A stretch of 64,000 nt of DNA from an uncultured Spirochaetota bacterium (GCA_963734545.1 CAVTHO010000001.1:1-64000), one strand, 5' to 3'; positions 21,476 to 32,506 are shown, counted from the first letter of the stretch. Made by a program: numbers and translations. Notes: generated by a model not told the origin, from the letters alone.

Positions 21476-23280
21476 GCGTGCACCGCGGGAATCCTGATCC
21501 GCACCCTCGTCCCTTTTCCCTCGGTGCTCTGAAACGAAAGACCGAACTCGGGCCCATAGGTCAACTGCAGGCGCTCGTGGATGTTGCGGACGCCGTACCC
21601 GTGGCGGTCGTTCGAGACGGCCCCGTTGGCGAGAATCTGACCCAGTCTCTCATTGGACATCCCGACGCCGTCATCTTCCACGGTCAGGAGCAGGCCGCCG
21701 TCCACGCGCTGTCCCGTGATGCGGATGACGCCTCGCTCCTCTTTCTTCATCATGATCCCGTGAAAGATTGAGTTCTCGACAAGGGGCTGAAGCACGAGCT
21801 TGAGGACGCGGCATTCGTCGATGTCCGGCGGCGTGTCGATGACAAGCTCGATTGCGTTCTCATACCGCATGTTCTGAATCTGCACGTATGTCCGCGCGTG
21901 CTCCAGCTCCTCGCGCAGGGGGACCGTGTCTTCTCCCTTGCCCAGGCTCAGCTTGTAGAACCGGGACAGGGCCGTCACGAGGGTCCGGATCTCCTCCGCA
22001 TTGTGACGGACGGACATCCAGTTGATGAGATCGAGCGTGTTGTAGAGGAAGTGGGGGTTGATCTGCGCCTGCAGGGCCTTGAGCTCCAGGTTCTTCACTT
22101 CCTTGCCGAGTGAGTATTTCTCCTCCATGAGCTGCTCGACCTCCGCGATCATGAAGTTGAATCGCTCGGTAAGCTGGCCGATCTCGTCCCTGTTCCCCGG
22201 ATCCAGCGTGACGGAAAAATCACCCTGCACGACCCTGTCCATCTTCATGATGAGGCCCTTGATCCGCTTTGTTGCCGAGCGCGAGACGAAGAACGCGAGA
22301 AACAGGGTGAGCGGGGTCATCGACGCGAAGACGAGGAGCATCTTCTGGGCCGGCCGCGCGCTCAGGCGCACGATGTCGCGGTTGGGAAGCACGAGCATGA
22401 GCACCCAGTCCGTCCCTTCGATCACCTGCGTCCCGACAAGATACGTGCTCCGCGCAAGGCTGACCGTATTCCAGGACTCCGTGTCGAAATCTCCGCGGCG
22501 CAGGGCGCTGAGCCTGCTCCAGAAGGATGCGGCGTCTCCCGCAGGCACCGATCCGGTGGAATCGATCACCTCGCCGTCGGTGTTGATGAGGAGCGCGAAC
22601 GAGGAATCGGTGAGAATCGCATTGCCGAGGGTGGCGCGCAGCATGGCGCGGGAGATGTCGAACTGGACGACGCCGGTCAGCTCCTTGATGTTCTGGCTGT
22701 TCAGAACGCTCCGCGCGGCGTGGATGAGCCGCTCGCCGCCGTTCTCGGCGGATTTGGCGCCTCTCTCCGGCGCGACAGGGTCCGCATACCAGTAGATGCG
22801 GCGTTCATTGCGCAGGAGGCGCCGGTACCAGGCCGCGTTCTGCACCTGTGCGAGGGAAATGAATGTTTCGTTCTGAAAGACCGACGCGAGCCCGTACATC
22901 ATGTAGAATTTGATGGCCACGATGTCGGGATTGAATGTCGTCAGGTAGGACATCTTCTCGAAGGTCTGCGAATCGATGGGCCAGCGTCCGATGTTCTCAT
23001 GATAGTAGCGCGCACGCCGCTCGAAGAGCTCCTGCACGACCGAGTTCGACGTGAGAAAATAGAGGAGGTTGCGGACGGACTCCGTCTTGTACTGGAGATA
23101 CGCGCGCGTCTGACCGAACACGTGCTCCGCCGAGCGCAGGACCTGCTTCTTGTTCTCATTGACCACCAGGACCGTGTTGATGACCAGGTACAGGCAGAGG
23201 AAGAAAAGCACGAGCATGAAGTAGCTGATGAAGAGTTTCTGGCGGATGCCCAGATCGGAGATCCTGCGGGAGCCGATCAT
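21472..23280 (-). CDS. YesM-type sensor histidine kinase
   Basis: ALQAQINPHFLYNTLD, HAMP, LQPLVENSIFHG. Confidence 0.92.
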   Translation of the reverse strand: MIGSRRISDLGIRQKLFISYFMLVLFFLCLYLVINTVLVVNENKKQVLRSAEHVFGQTRAYLQYKTESVRNLLYFLTSNSVVQELFERRARYYHENIGRWPIDSQTFEKMSYLTTFNPDIVAIKFYMMYGLASVFQNETFISLAQVQNAAWYRRLLRNERRIYWYADPVAPERGAKSAENGGERLIHAARSVLNSQNIKELTGVVQFDISRAMLRATLGNAILTDSSFALLINTDGEVIDSTGSVPAGDAASFWSRLSALRRGDFDTESWNTVSLARSTYLVGTQVIEGTDWVLMLVLPNRDIVRLSARPAQKMLLVFASMTPLTLFLAFFVSRSATKRIKGLIMKMDRVVQGDFSVTLDPGNRDEIGQLTERFNFMIAEVEQLMEEKYSLGKEVKNLELKALQAQINPHFLYNTLDLINWMSVRHNAEEIRTLVTALSRFYKLSLGKGEDTVPLREELEHARTYVQIQNMRYENAIELVIDTPPDIDECRVLKLVLQPLVENSIFHGIMMKKEERGVIRITGQRVDGGLLLTVEDDGVGMSNERLGQILANGAVSNDRHGYGVRNIHERLQLTYGPEFGLSFQSTEGKGTRVRIRIPAVHA

Positions 23281-23288
23281 TGCTTCCC

Positions 23289-24815
23289 CTACTCCGATTC
23301 CCTGTACGCGGACGGGCTCCTGCCGACGCGCTTCTTGAAGAGCGCGGAGAAGTAGCTCGCGTCGCGGTACCCCACGCTCAGGGCTACTTCGTGCGTTTTC
23401 TTGTGCCCGTCGAGGAGGAGCTCCTTCGCCTTCTCGATGCGCAGCGCGGTGAGGTACTCATTGACGTTCTGTCCGGTGGCCGCCTTGTAAAGCGAGCTCA
23501 CGTAGGTGCGGCTCAGGCCCGAGTGTTCCGCAATCACGCCGAGTGTAAGACCCGCGTACATGTAGTTGTCCCGGACGAATCTCCGGATCTCGCGAATCTT
23601 GCGGGAGAGCTTCCCGCGCGCCGCGGGCTCGCCGAATGCTGTCCACAGAAGGCGGAGGATGAATCGGGTGAGCTCGGTGAGCGTCCCGCGCTCCCGGATC
23701 TCCTGCCAGATGTACGTCTTTTCGCTCCGGTTCCCGAGAGTCTCGACGATGATCAGGTACAAGGTGAAGAACGCGTCACGCACCGAATCGATATCGATTG
23801 CCTGCAGGCGCCGCGCGGCGAGCTCGATCTCGTGCACAAAGGCCATGGCGCGCTCAATGTCGTTGTCCCGGAGGCTCTCGCGAAAACGGGTGAAGTCTTC
23901 CTTGCGGACCGACAATCTGTCCGTGCGACCCTTGACGGGGAAGAAGACCTGTTCTTTCTCCCGATAGAAATGGAGACCAAGCGACTCACGCGCCGATGCA
24001 TAGGCCGTCGGCAGAGCCTCCAGCCCCCGGACAGGGGCGCCGATGCCGATCGACACGGCGAAGGCGCCTTCCGCAAGACTCCCCAGAACGCCGAGGAGTC
24101 CCTCGTAGGCATTGGCGCTCCCGACGGGGACTGCGCAGATCTTCTTTGCCACGACAAGGGCCATGACATCCGGCTCGACGAAGCCGAGGAGGGACGTGCC
24201 GAGGTTGAAAGGAGCGGATTCACCGCACGCGAAGAGCACGCGGCGTCTCCATTTTGCCCGCTCGCTTTCCGCGTGGACGGTGGACCACTCGATCCGCAGG
24301 GCCCCCACGGTGAAGCTCGTGTGCGGCTCGAATGAATCGAGGAGGGAGCGTGCTTCCCCGTCACCCGTCACGAGGCGGCGGGTGATCTCTTCCCGTTCGA
24401 CGTCCCGTTCTTCCCGGTTTCTCCGCCGCTCTCCCGCCTCCCGCTCGAACGCCGTCACCGCCATGCGGACGGCTTCCTTCACCTCGTCCAGGTCCACGGG
24501 CTTCTCGACGTAGCTGATGGCCTGGAGGTGGATTGCTTTTTTCAGGTACTCCTTGTCGGCGTACCCGCTGAGGAAGACGATCTTGCAGAACGGATTCAGG
24601 GATTTCACGCGCTCGGCCAGCTCGAGGCCGTCCATCTTCGGCATGCGCACATCGGTCAGGAGGATTTCGGGAGGCTCCCGACCGGCAATGGCAAGGGCCT
24701 CGACTCCGTTTCGGGCGGTCCGTACCGAGCCGATGTGCACCGTGCTCCAGGCGACGTACTTCGCCAGGCTCTCTCGTGTCATTCTCTCGTCGTCGACGAT
24801 CATGAGCGTGAGCAC
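23289..24815 (-). CDS. YesN-type response regulator (REC-AraC)
   Basis: IVDDE, TDVRMPKMDG, VGYRDASYFSALFKK. Confidence 0.92.
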   Translation of the reverse strand: MLTLMIVDDERMTRESLAKYVAWSTVHIGSVRTARNGVEALAIAGREPPEILLTDVRMPKMDGLELAERVKSLNPFCKIVFLSGYADKEYLKKAIHLQAISYVEKPVDLDEVKEAVRMAVTAFEREAGERRRNREERDVEREEITRRLVTGDGEARSLLDSFEPHTSFTVGALRIEWSTVHAESERAKWRRRVLFACGESAPFNLGTSLLGFVEPDVMALVVAKKICAVPVGSANAYEGLLGVLGSLAEGAFAVSIGIGAPVRGLEALPTAYASARESLGLHFYREKEQVFFPVKGRTDRLSVRKEDFTRFRESLRDNDIERAMAFVHEIELAARRLQAIDIDSVRDAFFTLYLIIVETLGNRSEKTYIWQEIRERGTLTELTRFILRLLWTAFGEPAARGKLSRKIREIRRFVRDNYMYAGLTLGVIAEHSGLSRTYVSSLYKAATGQNVNEYLTALRIEKAKELLLDGHKKTHEVALSVGYRDASYFSALFKKRVGRSPSAYRESE

Positions 24816-24879
24816 GCGCCTTCCTCCTCGCCGACTGTACCACGCAACGGAGCGCCGGAAAAGGGCGGTTGCATGGTCG

Positions 24880-24947
24880 ATCGTAACGAAACGGAGGAAA
24901 TCGTAACAAATTCCTGTATCGCGCGCTTCGCGTGCGCCTTTTATAAT
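24880..24947 (+). promoter_or_regulatory. Direct-repeat activator site plus -10 box of the ABC operon
   Basis: ATCGTAAC at 24880 and 24900 (20-nt period); TATAAT at 24942-24947; no consensus -35. Confidence 0.6.
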
Positions 24948-24960
24948 CGCTCAGGGAAAA

Positions 24961-25894
24961 GTGATGCGGTCCATGCGGGGGCGGGGACTCTTCCACGAGC
25001 TCGCGAAGAACAGGACTCTCTACCTCATGTTCGTGCCCGTGTGCCTGTACTTCATCCTGTTCTCCTATCTGCCCATCGGGGGAATCGTCCTCGCGTTCAA
25101 GGAGTTCAACTACAGAGACGGCATACTCGGCAGCCCCTGGAACAACTTCAAGAATTTCGAATTCTTCTTCAAGTCCGGAAAGGCCTGGTCCGTCACCACG
25201 AACACGTTCCTCTACAATCTCATGTTTCTGGCCCTGTATACGTTTTTTTCCGTGGTGACCGCGATCCTGATTTCCGAGATGAGGGGCAAGACGGTTCAAG
25301 AAGACCGCGCAGAGCTTCATGTTCCTGCCTTACTTCATTTCCTGGGTTGTCGCGGCTTCATTCCTCTACAACCTGGCCAACTACGAATACGGGATGATCA
25401 ACAGGCTGCTCGTCTGGCTCGGCGGGAAGCCGATCAACGTCTATGCCACCCCGCAGTACTGGTATTTCATCCTTCCCTTTGCGTACATCTGGAAATGGAT
25501 CGGGTTCGGCACCGTCCTCTACCTCGCGGCGATCATGGGCATCGATCAGGAGTGCTTCGAGGCGGCGACGATCGACGGGGCGAACGAGTTCCAGAAGGTG
25601 TTCCGCATCACGCTCCCGATGCTCCGGCCCACCATGGTGATCCTCGTCCTGCTCGGACTCGGGCGGATCCTGCGGGGCGAGTTCGACATGTTCTACCAGC
25701 TCATCGGCAACAACGGGATCCTCATCGAGAAGACGGATATCATCGACACCCTTGTGTTCAGGTCCCTGCTGGGGACGCAGGATTTCGGCATGGCAACGGC
25801 GGCGGGTTTCTACCAGTCGGTCCTCTGCTTTGCGATCATCGTGATCGTGAACAGGGTCGTGAAAGCCTTTGAGAGCGACTATGCCCTCTTTTAG
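24961..25894 (+). CDS. LplB/YteP-like ABC permease (frameshift near 25295)
   Basis: FLPYFISWVV, EAATIDGA, TDIIDTLV, AAGFYQSV. Confidence 0.85.
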
Positions 25895-26769
25895 GACGCT
25901 CGCCGGACAAGCTCCTGCTGACTCTCATTGCGTACGTCGTGCTCGGCTGTATCGCGCTCATCACGGTCTTCCCCTTTCTCGTGCTGGTCGTCAATTCGTT
26001 CGCCTCGGAGCACGCCATCATCAACTACGGGTACTCGATCGTCCCGCGGGAGCTCAGCGTGAGCGCGTACGAGCTCGTGTTCCTGAATCCGCAGAAGATA
26101 CTCCAGGCCTACGGGGTCACGATGTTCATCACCGGCTTCGGAACCACCGCGTCGCTCTTTCTTTCCGCCATGGCCGCGTATTCGCTTTCCCGGAAGGACC
26201 TCCGGTATCGCAACAAGCTCGCTTTCTTCATTTATTTCACCACGCTGTTCAACGGGGGTCTCGCCCCGACGTACATCGTCATCACCACGGTCCTTCACCT
26301 GAAGAACACCCTCGCCGTGCTCGTTCTCGGACCGATGTTCAGCGTGTTCTACATCCTCATCCTGCGCAATTTCTTCATGAACTCCATACCCGCTTCCCTT
26401 TCCGAGGCGGCGAAGATCGACGGAGCCGGGGATTTCACGATCTTCCTGAGGATCGTCCTTCCCCTGACCGCGCCGGCTCTCGCGTCCATCGGTCTTTTCA
26501 CGGCCCTGGCGTACTGGAATGACTGGTGGACGGCAATGCTCTACGTGGAGCGGCAGAGCCTGATGCCCCTCCAGTACGTGCTGTACAAGATCCTTTCGAG
26601 CGTGACCATGGCCGCGAACATCGTGAACAATGTCGCCACGCTGAACCTGCCGAAGGAATCGTTGAAGCTGGCCATGACGGTGATTTCCATCGGCCCGATC
26701 GTGCTCGCTTATCCGTTCGTGCAGAGGTTCTTTATCAAGGGAATCACCCTTGGCTCGGTCAAGGGATGA
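25881..26769 (+). CDS. LplC/YtcP-like ABC permease (frameshift near start)
   Basis: FNGGLAP, EAAKIDGA, YPFVQRFFIKGITLGSVKG. Confidence 0.88.
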
Positions 26770-26795
26770 CACACCACATATCGAAGGAGGGATGT

Positions 26796-28343
26796 ATGAG
26801 ACACGGATCACGGATCGCCATGGTCGCTCTGCTGCTCCTGCTACCGCTCGCGCTCACATTCGCGGGGGGGACACAGGAAGCCGCGGGCGGGGCGGCGCCC
26901 GCCAAGGAAGCGAAGATCATCGGGTACCTTCTGGGTGACGCTCCCACGGGCATGCCGGATGTGCTCCAGGCGTTGAACGCGAAGCTCAAGAAAGACCTCA
27001 ACGTGACGATGGAGATCAACTACATCGGGTGGGGGGATTTCCAGGCCAAGTATCCGCTGGTGCTCGCCGCGGGAGAAGACATCGACTGGATCTTCACGGC
27101 GAACTGGTCGTTCTATTTCCAGGAGGCCGCGAAGGGCGCATTCCTCGAGCTCACCGATTCGATGCTCAAGGAAAACATGCCGCTGCACTCCAAGCAGCTC
27201 TCCGCCGCCGCATGGAACCAGGTCAAGCTGCCCAACGGGAAGATCTACATGATTCCCACGCCCACGCCCGACCGCAAGGTCCCCGTCGCGGTCATCCGCG
27301 GGGATTTGCGGAAGAAATACGGGGTGCCCCCGGTCACGAAGTTCACCGCTATCGAGCCGTACCTGAAGGCCATCAAGAACAATGAGCCGTCGATGATTCC
27401 CATGAATATGGAGAGCACGTACGACGTGGGCCAGCCCTACAGCTACATCAGCTACGCGAACGGGCCCTATTTCGAAGACATCCTGTTCTCCACAGGGTCC
27501 GGCACGGGGCTCGTATGGCTCCTCGGCGACAAGACGAACAAGCTGCACTACATCCTCGAGGAACCGGTTCTTTCATGGCAGAAGCTCGCCGCGAAGACAA
27601 TGAAGGCCTGGTACGACGCGGGCTACATCAACAAGGACGTCTTTGCGAACAAGGTCCGCAGCAAGGACTCCTTCGTGCAGGGCAAGTCAGCGGTGGGGTT
27701 CGGCAACTCCATCGACATTCAGTCCACCATCGCCGGCGCCACCGCAAACGGATGGGAGGTCGAGCTGGTGCCCGGGCTGGATGGCAACTCTCACTACCGC
27801 GCCGATCCGTACCTGAACAACGGCGTCGCGCTGGCGGCCAATACGAAGAACGCCGCGCGGACGCTCCAGGTGCTGGACCGGATCATCGAGGACAAGTCCT
27901 ACAATTTCCTCGTGTATTTCGGGGTTGAGGGCAAGAACTACGTCATGAAGAACAACATGATCGCCCTCCCGGAAGGGCTGACGGCGGACAAGAACACCTA
28001 TCCCCCCGACGCGGCGGGTTTCTGGTTCACCAACAAGGATCAATTCCCGCCGTTCGCAACCTGGACCCCTGCATACGTCCAGCATCGGAAGGACATCGTG
28101 GACAAGGGATTCCTGGTTCCCACTCCGTTCGTCGCCTTCTCTGCCTCCACCGACGAGGTGAAAACAGAGGTTGCCAACGCCAACCAGACCATGGTCCAGT
28201 ACGTGCAGCCGCTGTGGATCGGGATCAGCGACGATGTCGATGCCTCCTTCGCCACACTGGATCAGAAGCTCAAGGCGGCCGGAGTGGAAAAGCTCCGCGC
28301 CACCTTCCAGGGCCAGGTCGACGAGTACATGAAACGATTCTAG
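26796..28343 (+). CDS. Oligosaccharide ABC substrate-binding protein (DUF3502-type C-terminus)
   Basis: AAGGAGG RBS; signal peptide ending FAGGTQE; FGVEGKNY; KLKAAGVEK. Confidence 0.88.
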   Translation: MRHGSRIAMVALLLLLPLALTFAGGTQEAAGGAAPAKEAKIIGYLLGDAPTGMPDVLQALNAKLKKDLNVTMEINYIGWGDFQAKYPLVLAAGEDIDWIFTANWSFYFQEAAKGAFLELTDSMLKENMPLHSKQLSAAAWNQVKLPNGKIYMIPTPTPDRKVPVAVIRGDLRKKYGVPPVTKFTAIEPYLKAIKNNEPSMIPMNMESTYDVGQPYSYISYANGPYFEDILFSTGSGTGLVWLLGDKTNKLHYILEEPVLSWQKLAAKTMKAWYDAGYINKDVFANKVRSKDSFVQGKSAVGFGNSIDIQSTIAGATANGWEVELVPGLDGNSHYRADPYLNNGVALAANTKNAARTLQVLDRIIEDKSYNFLVYFGVEGKNYVMKNNMIALPEGLTADKNTYPPDAAGFWFTNKDQFPPFATWTPAYVQHRKDIVDKGFLVPTPFVAFSASTDEVKTEVANANQTMVQYVQPLWIGISDDVDASFATLDQKLKAAGVEKLRATFQGQVDEYMKRF

Positions 28344-28354
28344 ACGCTTTCCGC

Positions 28355-28377
28355 AGCGGGTGCCGCAGGCACCCGCT
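28355..28377. terminator. Stem-loop between convergent genes
   Basis: AGCGGGTGCC-gca-GGCACCCGCT. Confidence 0.55.
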
Positions 28378-29167
28378 ACGGGCTCTTTGATATTGGCGAA
28401 GCCACACGACCCGCGAGCAGCTCGGAGAGGGGATCGCAGTCCTGCCGGGTAAATCCTACGTGGGAATGGCGCCGCCAACCCTCCGCATGGACGAACCGCC
28501 CCGACATGGCCCCCACCGTCCGGGTGAGATCGTGCATTGTCTTCAGGTAGGAATCGAACCCCTGCGTCCTGTCCAGCCAGACCTTCTGGCTGGCGTGGCA
28601 GGCAAGGAGCTTCTCCTTGCGGTCCATGACGGCGCCCACATCCACGTACAGCTCGGGGACCACGGGCCGGCGCATCATGTCCGTGAGGGTGTGCGGGGTG
28701 GCGTGGTAGAGCATGGCATCTTCGAACACGGCCGGCGCATCGGGAATGGATCGGTAGCTCCCCGCGTTGCGCAGGAATGTTCCCGTCACGGCGATGCGCG
28801 CCGTGTTCATGTGATCTTCCATGTAGTCCTCCATGGACTGTGTGAGCACGATGTCGGGCGTGACCAGACGCACCAGGCCGGTGATCCTGCGTATCAACTC
28901 CTGCGTGTAGAAGACCTCGAGATCGTCCACGAGACTCTCGTGGAGCACCGAGCCCAGCAGTGCCGCTGACTGAGCCGCCTCCTTCCAGCGGATGGCGGAG
29001 ATCTCCGCCGGCGGCAGATCCGCACTGCCAATGCTTCCGTTTGCCACGTTGATGTGATGGATCACGCACCCTGCATCCTTCAGGAGCAGCGCGGTGCCCC
29101 CCATCATGAACTCCATGTCGTCGGGATGACACGCAACGATAAGGACGGTCATCGTCTCTTTCCTCAC
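28376..29167 (-). CDS. PIG-L/LmbE family deacetylase
   Basis: HPDD motif, DYMEDH, CHASQ. Confidence 0.88.
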   Translation of the reverse strand: MRKETMTVLIVACHPDDMEFMMGGTALLLKDAGCVIHHINVANGSIGSADLPPAEISAIRWKEAAQSAALLGSVLHESLVDDLEVFYTQELIRRITGLVRLVTPDIVLTQSMEDYMEDHMNTARIAVTGTFLRNAGSYRSIPDAPAVFEDAMLYHATPHTLTDMMRRPVVPELYVDVGAVMDRKEKLLACHASQKVWLDRTQGFDSYLKTMHDLTRTVGAMSGRFVHAEGWRRHSHVGFTRQDCDPLSELLAGRVASPISKSP

Positions 29168-30693
29168 TACTCGGCCCTCTCCACGCCCACCAGGGTGATG
29201 TCGTCGTCGTAGGATTCGTTGCCCCGCCAGGTTCTTACATCAGAGGCTATTCGCGCAACTGCCGCTGAAAGACTGTCCTTCCTCGTCGCGCGGGCGAAGG
29301 CAAGGAGGCGATCCCGGGAGAACGCCTCGGAGTGGAGGTTGCCGCAATCGGTGAGACCGTCGGAGTAGAGGAGCAGCCGGTCCCCCGGCGCGAAAGAGAT
29401 CGCCGCCTCCGTGAGCGTCAGGCGGGGGGAGAGCCCCACCGCGTGGCCATCCACCCTGATCTCCTCGATCCGCTCGTCCTTTCGCACGACGAGAGGGAAG
29501 GGATGACCGGCCCGGACCATGCGCATTTTTCCGGTTTTCAGATCGATGACCCCATAACAGATCGAGAAAAAGGCCCCATCGCCGAATCCCTGGAACAGCT
29601 CATTCATGCGCACGACGACCTCGCGCGGCGAGAGCGGGTCGGTGTTGAGGAACGGCAGCGTCCTTCCCCGCGCGGGGTCCGGCGCCAGAAGCCTGCTCAC
29701 CAGGTACGCCATGGAAGCGGCCGCGATTCCATGGCCCATCACGTCCACGATGAAGAGACCCGCGTGCGTGTCATCGATGGGGTAAAAGTTGTACACGTCT
29801 CCCGCGCCGAAGGCCGCAGGCAGGAGGAACCCGTGCATCGTGAAACCTCCCAGTGACGTTCCGCTTGCCGGGAGGAGGCTCTTGTGGACTTTCGCGGCGG
29901 ATCGGAGCTCCTCCTCGACGATGCCCTCCACCCTCCGGGGCTCGGTGTTGTCGCGGAAGGAGAGGACAATGCCGCGCACCATGCCGCGTTCATCGCGGTA
30001 CGGCTCGAGATTCAGGTCGACGGTGCGCCGGATCCCGCTTTCCGTAAGGAGAGTGCAGTTGCGGTAGCCGGCCCTGTTGCCGTCAAGAATCACCTCGTCG
30101 AGAGGCAAAGGGGTCTCCTGCCGGCCGCGATGCTTGATGATCTTGACCAGGCTCATCACCGATGTGGAGAGGGGGAGGGGCAGGGTGAGGTTCAGGAGAT
30201 TTGCCGCGGTGGCATTGATGTACTCCACGCCGCCTTTGATGCCCGCCACGATGATGCCGTCTCCGAAGGACTGGAGCACGGTGGTAAGCCTTTCCTTGGC
30301 CCGGCGCAGCTCTTCGTGGAGGGCGGCCTTGTGCAGCGCCATCTCGATCGAGGCTTCCAGCGCCCGTTCGTCGAACGGCTTCAGGACGTAGCCGAACGGC
30401 TCGGTCAGCTTGGCCTTCTCCAGCGTGTCCGAGTCGGAATAGGAGGTCAGGTAAATGACCGGCACGTGGTAGGAGTCCTTGATGATCCCGGCAGCCTCTA
30501 TCCCGTCCATCGCGCCGGTCAGGTGGATATCCATCAACACGAGGTCGGGCTCCATTGCCTGGACCTCCCGCACCGCATTTTCCCCCGAGGACACGACCGC
30601 GGGAACCTCGTACGAGACGCTCTCCAGGTAGGTGCGGATGGCAAGCCCGACGAGCTCTTCATCTTCCACCACGAGGATGCGTGCTTTTTTCAT
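29167..30693 (-). CDS. REC-PAS-PP2C (SpoIIE/RsbU-like) phosphatase
   Basis: LVVEDE, MDIHL, GAGDVY, DVMGHG, YSDGL, DDIT. Confidence 0.88.
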   Translation of the reverse strand: MKKARILVVEDEELVGLAIRTYLESVSYEVPAVVSSGENAVREVQAMEPDLVLMDIHLTGAMDGIEAAGIIKDSYHVPVIYLTSYSDSDTLEKAKLTEPFGYVLKPFDERALEASIEMALHKAALHEELRRAKERLTTVLQSFGDGIIVAGIKGGVEYINATAANLLNLTLPLPLSTSVMSLVKIIKHRGRQETPLPLDEVILDGNRAGYRNCTLLTESGIRRTVDLNLEPYRDERGMVRGIVLSFRDNTEPRRVEGIVEEELRSAAKVHKSLLPASGTSLGGFTMHGFLLPAAFGAGDVYNFYPIDDTHAGLFIVDVMGHGIAAASMAYLVSRLLAPDPARGRTLPFLNTDPLSPREVVVRMNELFQGFGDGAFFSICYGVIDLKTGKMRMVRAGHPFPLVVRKDERIEEIRVDGHAVGLSPRLTLTEAAISFAPGDRLLLYSDGLTDCGNLHSEAFSRDRLLAFARATRKDSLSAAVARIASDVRTWRGNESYDDDITLVGVERAE

Positions 30694-30706
30694 CGCTCTC
30701 ACCTTC

Positions 30707-32506
30707 TTACTCCTCTTCACTCTGCTCGGGGGCGCTGGCGGACAGCCGGGGGAACTCGATCTCGAGCCGTGTGCCCTGCGGGCCCCTGCTCACGCGCAGG
30801 CTCCCCTGGAGTTGTTTGGCAAGCCGGGAAACGATCTGCATGCCGAGCGTGCCCGCCGTTTCCGGGTCCACTTCCGGCGGTATCCCCACGCCGGTGTCCG
30901 CGACCGAAAGCAGGACACGGTCATCGTCCGTGCGCGCGAGCTCGACGCGAAGCTCCCGCTTCTCGAAAACCATGCCGCGCGGGAAGGCATGCCGCAGGAC
31001 GTTCGTGCACAGCTCGTTGACGATGAGCCCGCAGGGGATCGCCTGGTTCACCCCGAGACTCAGCGGCTGCGTCAGGGGAACGAACGCTATTCCTCCCTCC
31101 GTGCGGTACGCGGCGAGCAGGCGGCCGACGAGCCGCTGGAGGTAGCCGCCGAAATCGATATGGCTGAAATCCTTGGATCGATAGAGGTCCTCGTGCACGA
31201 GCGCCATTGAGAGGACCTGGTTGCGCGAATCCTGAATGGCCGCGCGGGCGCTTTCACTCTCGATGCGGCTCTCCTGCAGGTAGAGGAGGCTCGAGATGAT
31301 CTGGAGGTTGTTTTTCACGCGATGGTGGATCTCCTTCAGGAGAACCGTCTTTTCCTGGAGGGAGGCGAGGATCTGCTGTTCGGCCTGCATGACTTCGGTG
31401 ACATCGTGGCTGATTGATCCTATCCGGTAGCCCTGGTCGGTACGGATAAGGAACTCGTTCTGCCGAAACGAGCGCAGGGTGCCGTCAGGACGCTGTATGG
31501 CGTCTTCGATCTGGCGGGAAAGAAGCGGCGGCTCCTGAGGGGCGAGCGCTTCCCGGTAGTGTCCTTCGACTCTGGACAGATAGTCGTCCGTGAGGCGCGT
31601 GCGGGGCATCGCCTTCATGGCGAGGCTCCAGATCGGATTGCCAATGACATCCGCGGCGGGAATCCCCGTGAGAAGCTCGGAGGCCTTGTTGTAGACGATG
31701 ACGATTCCCTCCTCGTCGGTCATGACGATCGATTCGCTCGATTGCTCGATAAAAGTTCGGAATTTTTCCTCGCTGGCGACAAGTGCCTGTTTCACGATTC
31801 CCGCCTCGACCAGGTCTCTGGACCTCTGGGCAGCGATGAAGACCACCGCGGCCAGCCACCCGTACTGGACGAGGTAGATGAAGGAGTACAGGCCAAAGGC
31901 AACCGCAAAGTCGCTGATATAGGCGACGCAGACGATCCCGAGCAGCCAGAAGAGCCTGCGCGCGTCCCGACCATGACCGCTGCGGCCGTACCGCCAGGTA
32001 ATCCACAGGAAGTAAGCGAAGAGGGCGATCCCGGTGAAGTACTGGACGGTCGTCAGTATTCCCGGCGCGACTTCGAGGAAAACGACGGAAAGCCCGAATG
32101 GCAGGCTCACGCGTGTCGTGACCAGCCTGGCCGGGTCCCATGTCAGGCTCCCGAACCCGGCAATCTGGATGAAGACGCTGATACCGCACCAGGCGGCAAA
32201 AGCGAGGAAGTGGCCCTTCGGCACCTGCCGGGTGCGGTCGGAAAGATACCAGAGGAAGGAGAGCGCCACGAGATTGAGAATGATCGCCTGGGCCCTCAGC
32301 CACGGGATGCTCTGCAGGGCCGACTCGACATTGTATTCTCCCGCGCATGCGATATCATAGAGACCGGCCAGAAAGCAGGTGACCGCGAAGGAGAGATCGT
32401 AGATGTTGCCCCTGCGGCGCCACCAGATGAGGAACTCGTACAGCACGACCGTCAGGCAGACGAATCCCATCCCGATGGGGAAGAACGGATAAAGCTTCAC
32501 TATCAC
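30707..32506 (-). CDS. Membrane-anchored PAS / HisKA_2-type histidine kinase
   Basis: Multi-TM N-terminus, PAS, EIHHRVKNNLQ, GLIVNELCTN. Confidence 0.9.
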   Translation of the reverse strand: MIVKLYPFFPIGMGFVCLTVVLYEFLIWWRRRGNIYDLSFAVTCFLAGLYDIACAGEYNVESALQSIPWLRAQAIILNLVALSFLWYLSDRTRQVPKGHFLAFAAWCGISVFIQIAGFGSLTWDPARLVTTRVSLPFGLSVVFLEVAPGILTTVQYFTGIALFAYFLWITWRYGRSGHGRDARRLFWLLGIVCVAYISDFAVAFGLYSFIYLVQYGWLAAVVFIAAQRSRDLVEAGIVKQALVASEEKFRTFIEQSSESIVMTDEEGIVIVYNKASELLTGIPAADVIGNPIWSLAMKAMPRTRLTDDYLSRVEGHYREALAPQEPPLLSRQIEDAIQRPDGTLRSFRQNEFLIRTDQGYRIGSISHDVTEVMQAEQQILASLQEKTVLLKEIHHRVKNNLQIISSLLYLQESRIESESARAAIQDSRNQVLSMALVHEDLYRSKDFSHIDFGGYLQRLVGRLLAAYRTEGGIAFVPLTQPLSLGVNQAIPCGLIVNELCTNVLRHAFPRGMVFEKRELRVELARTDDDRVLLSVADTGVGIPPEVDPETAGTLGMQIVSRLAKQLQGSLRVSRGPQGTRLEIEFPRLSASAPEQSEEE

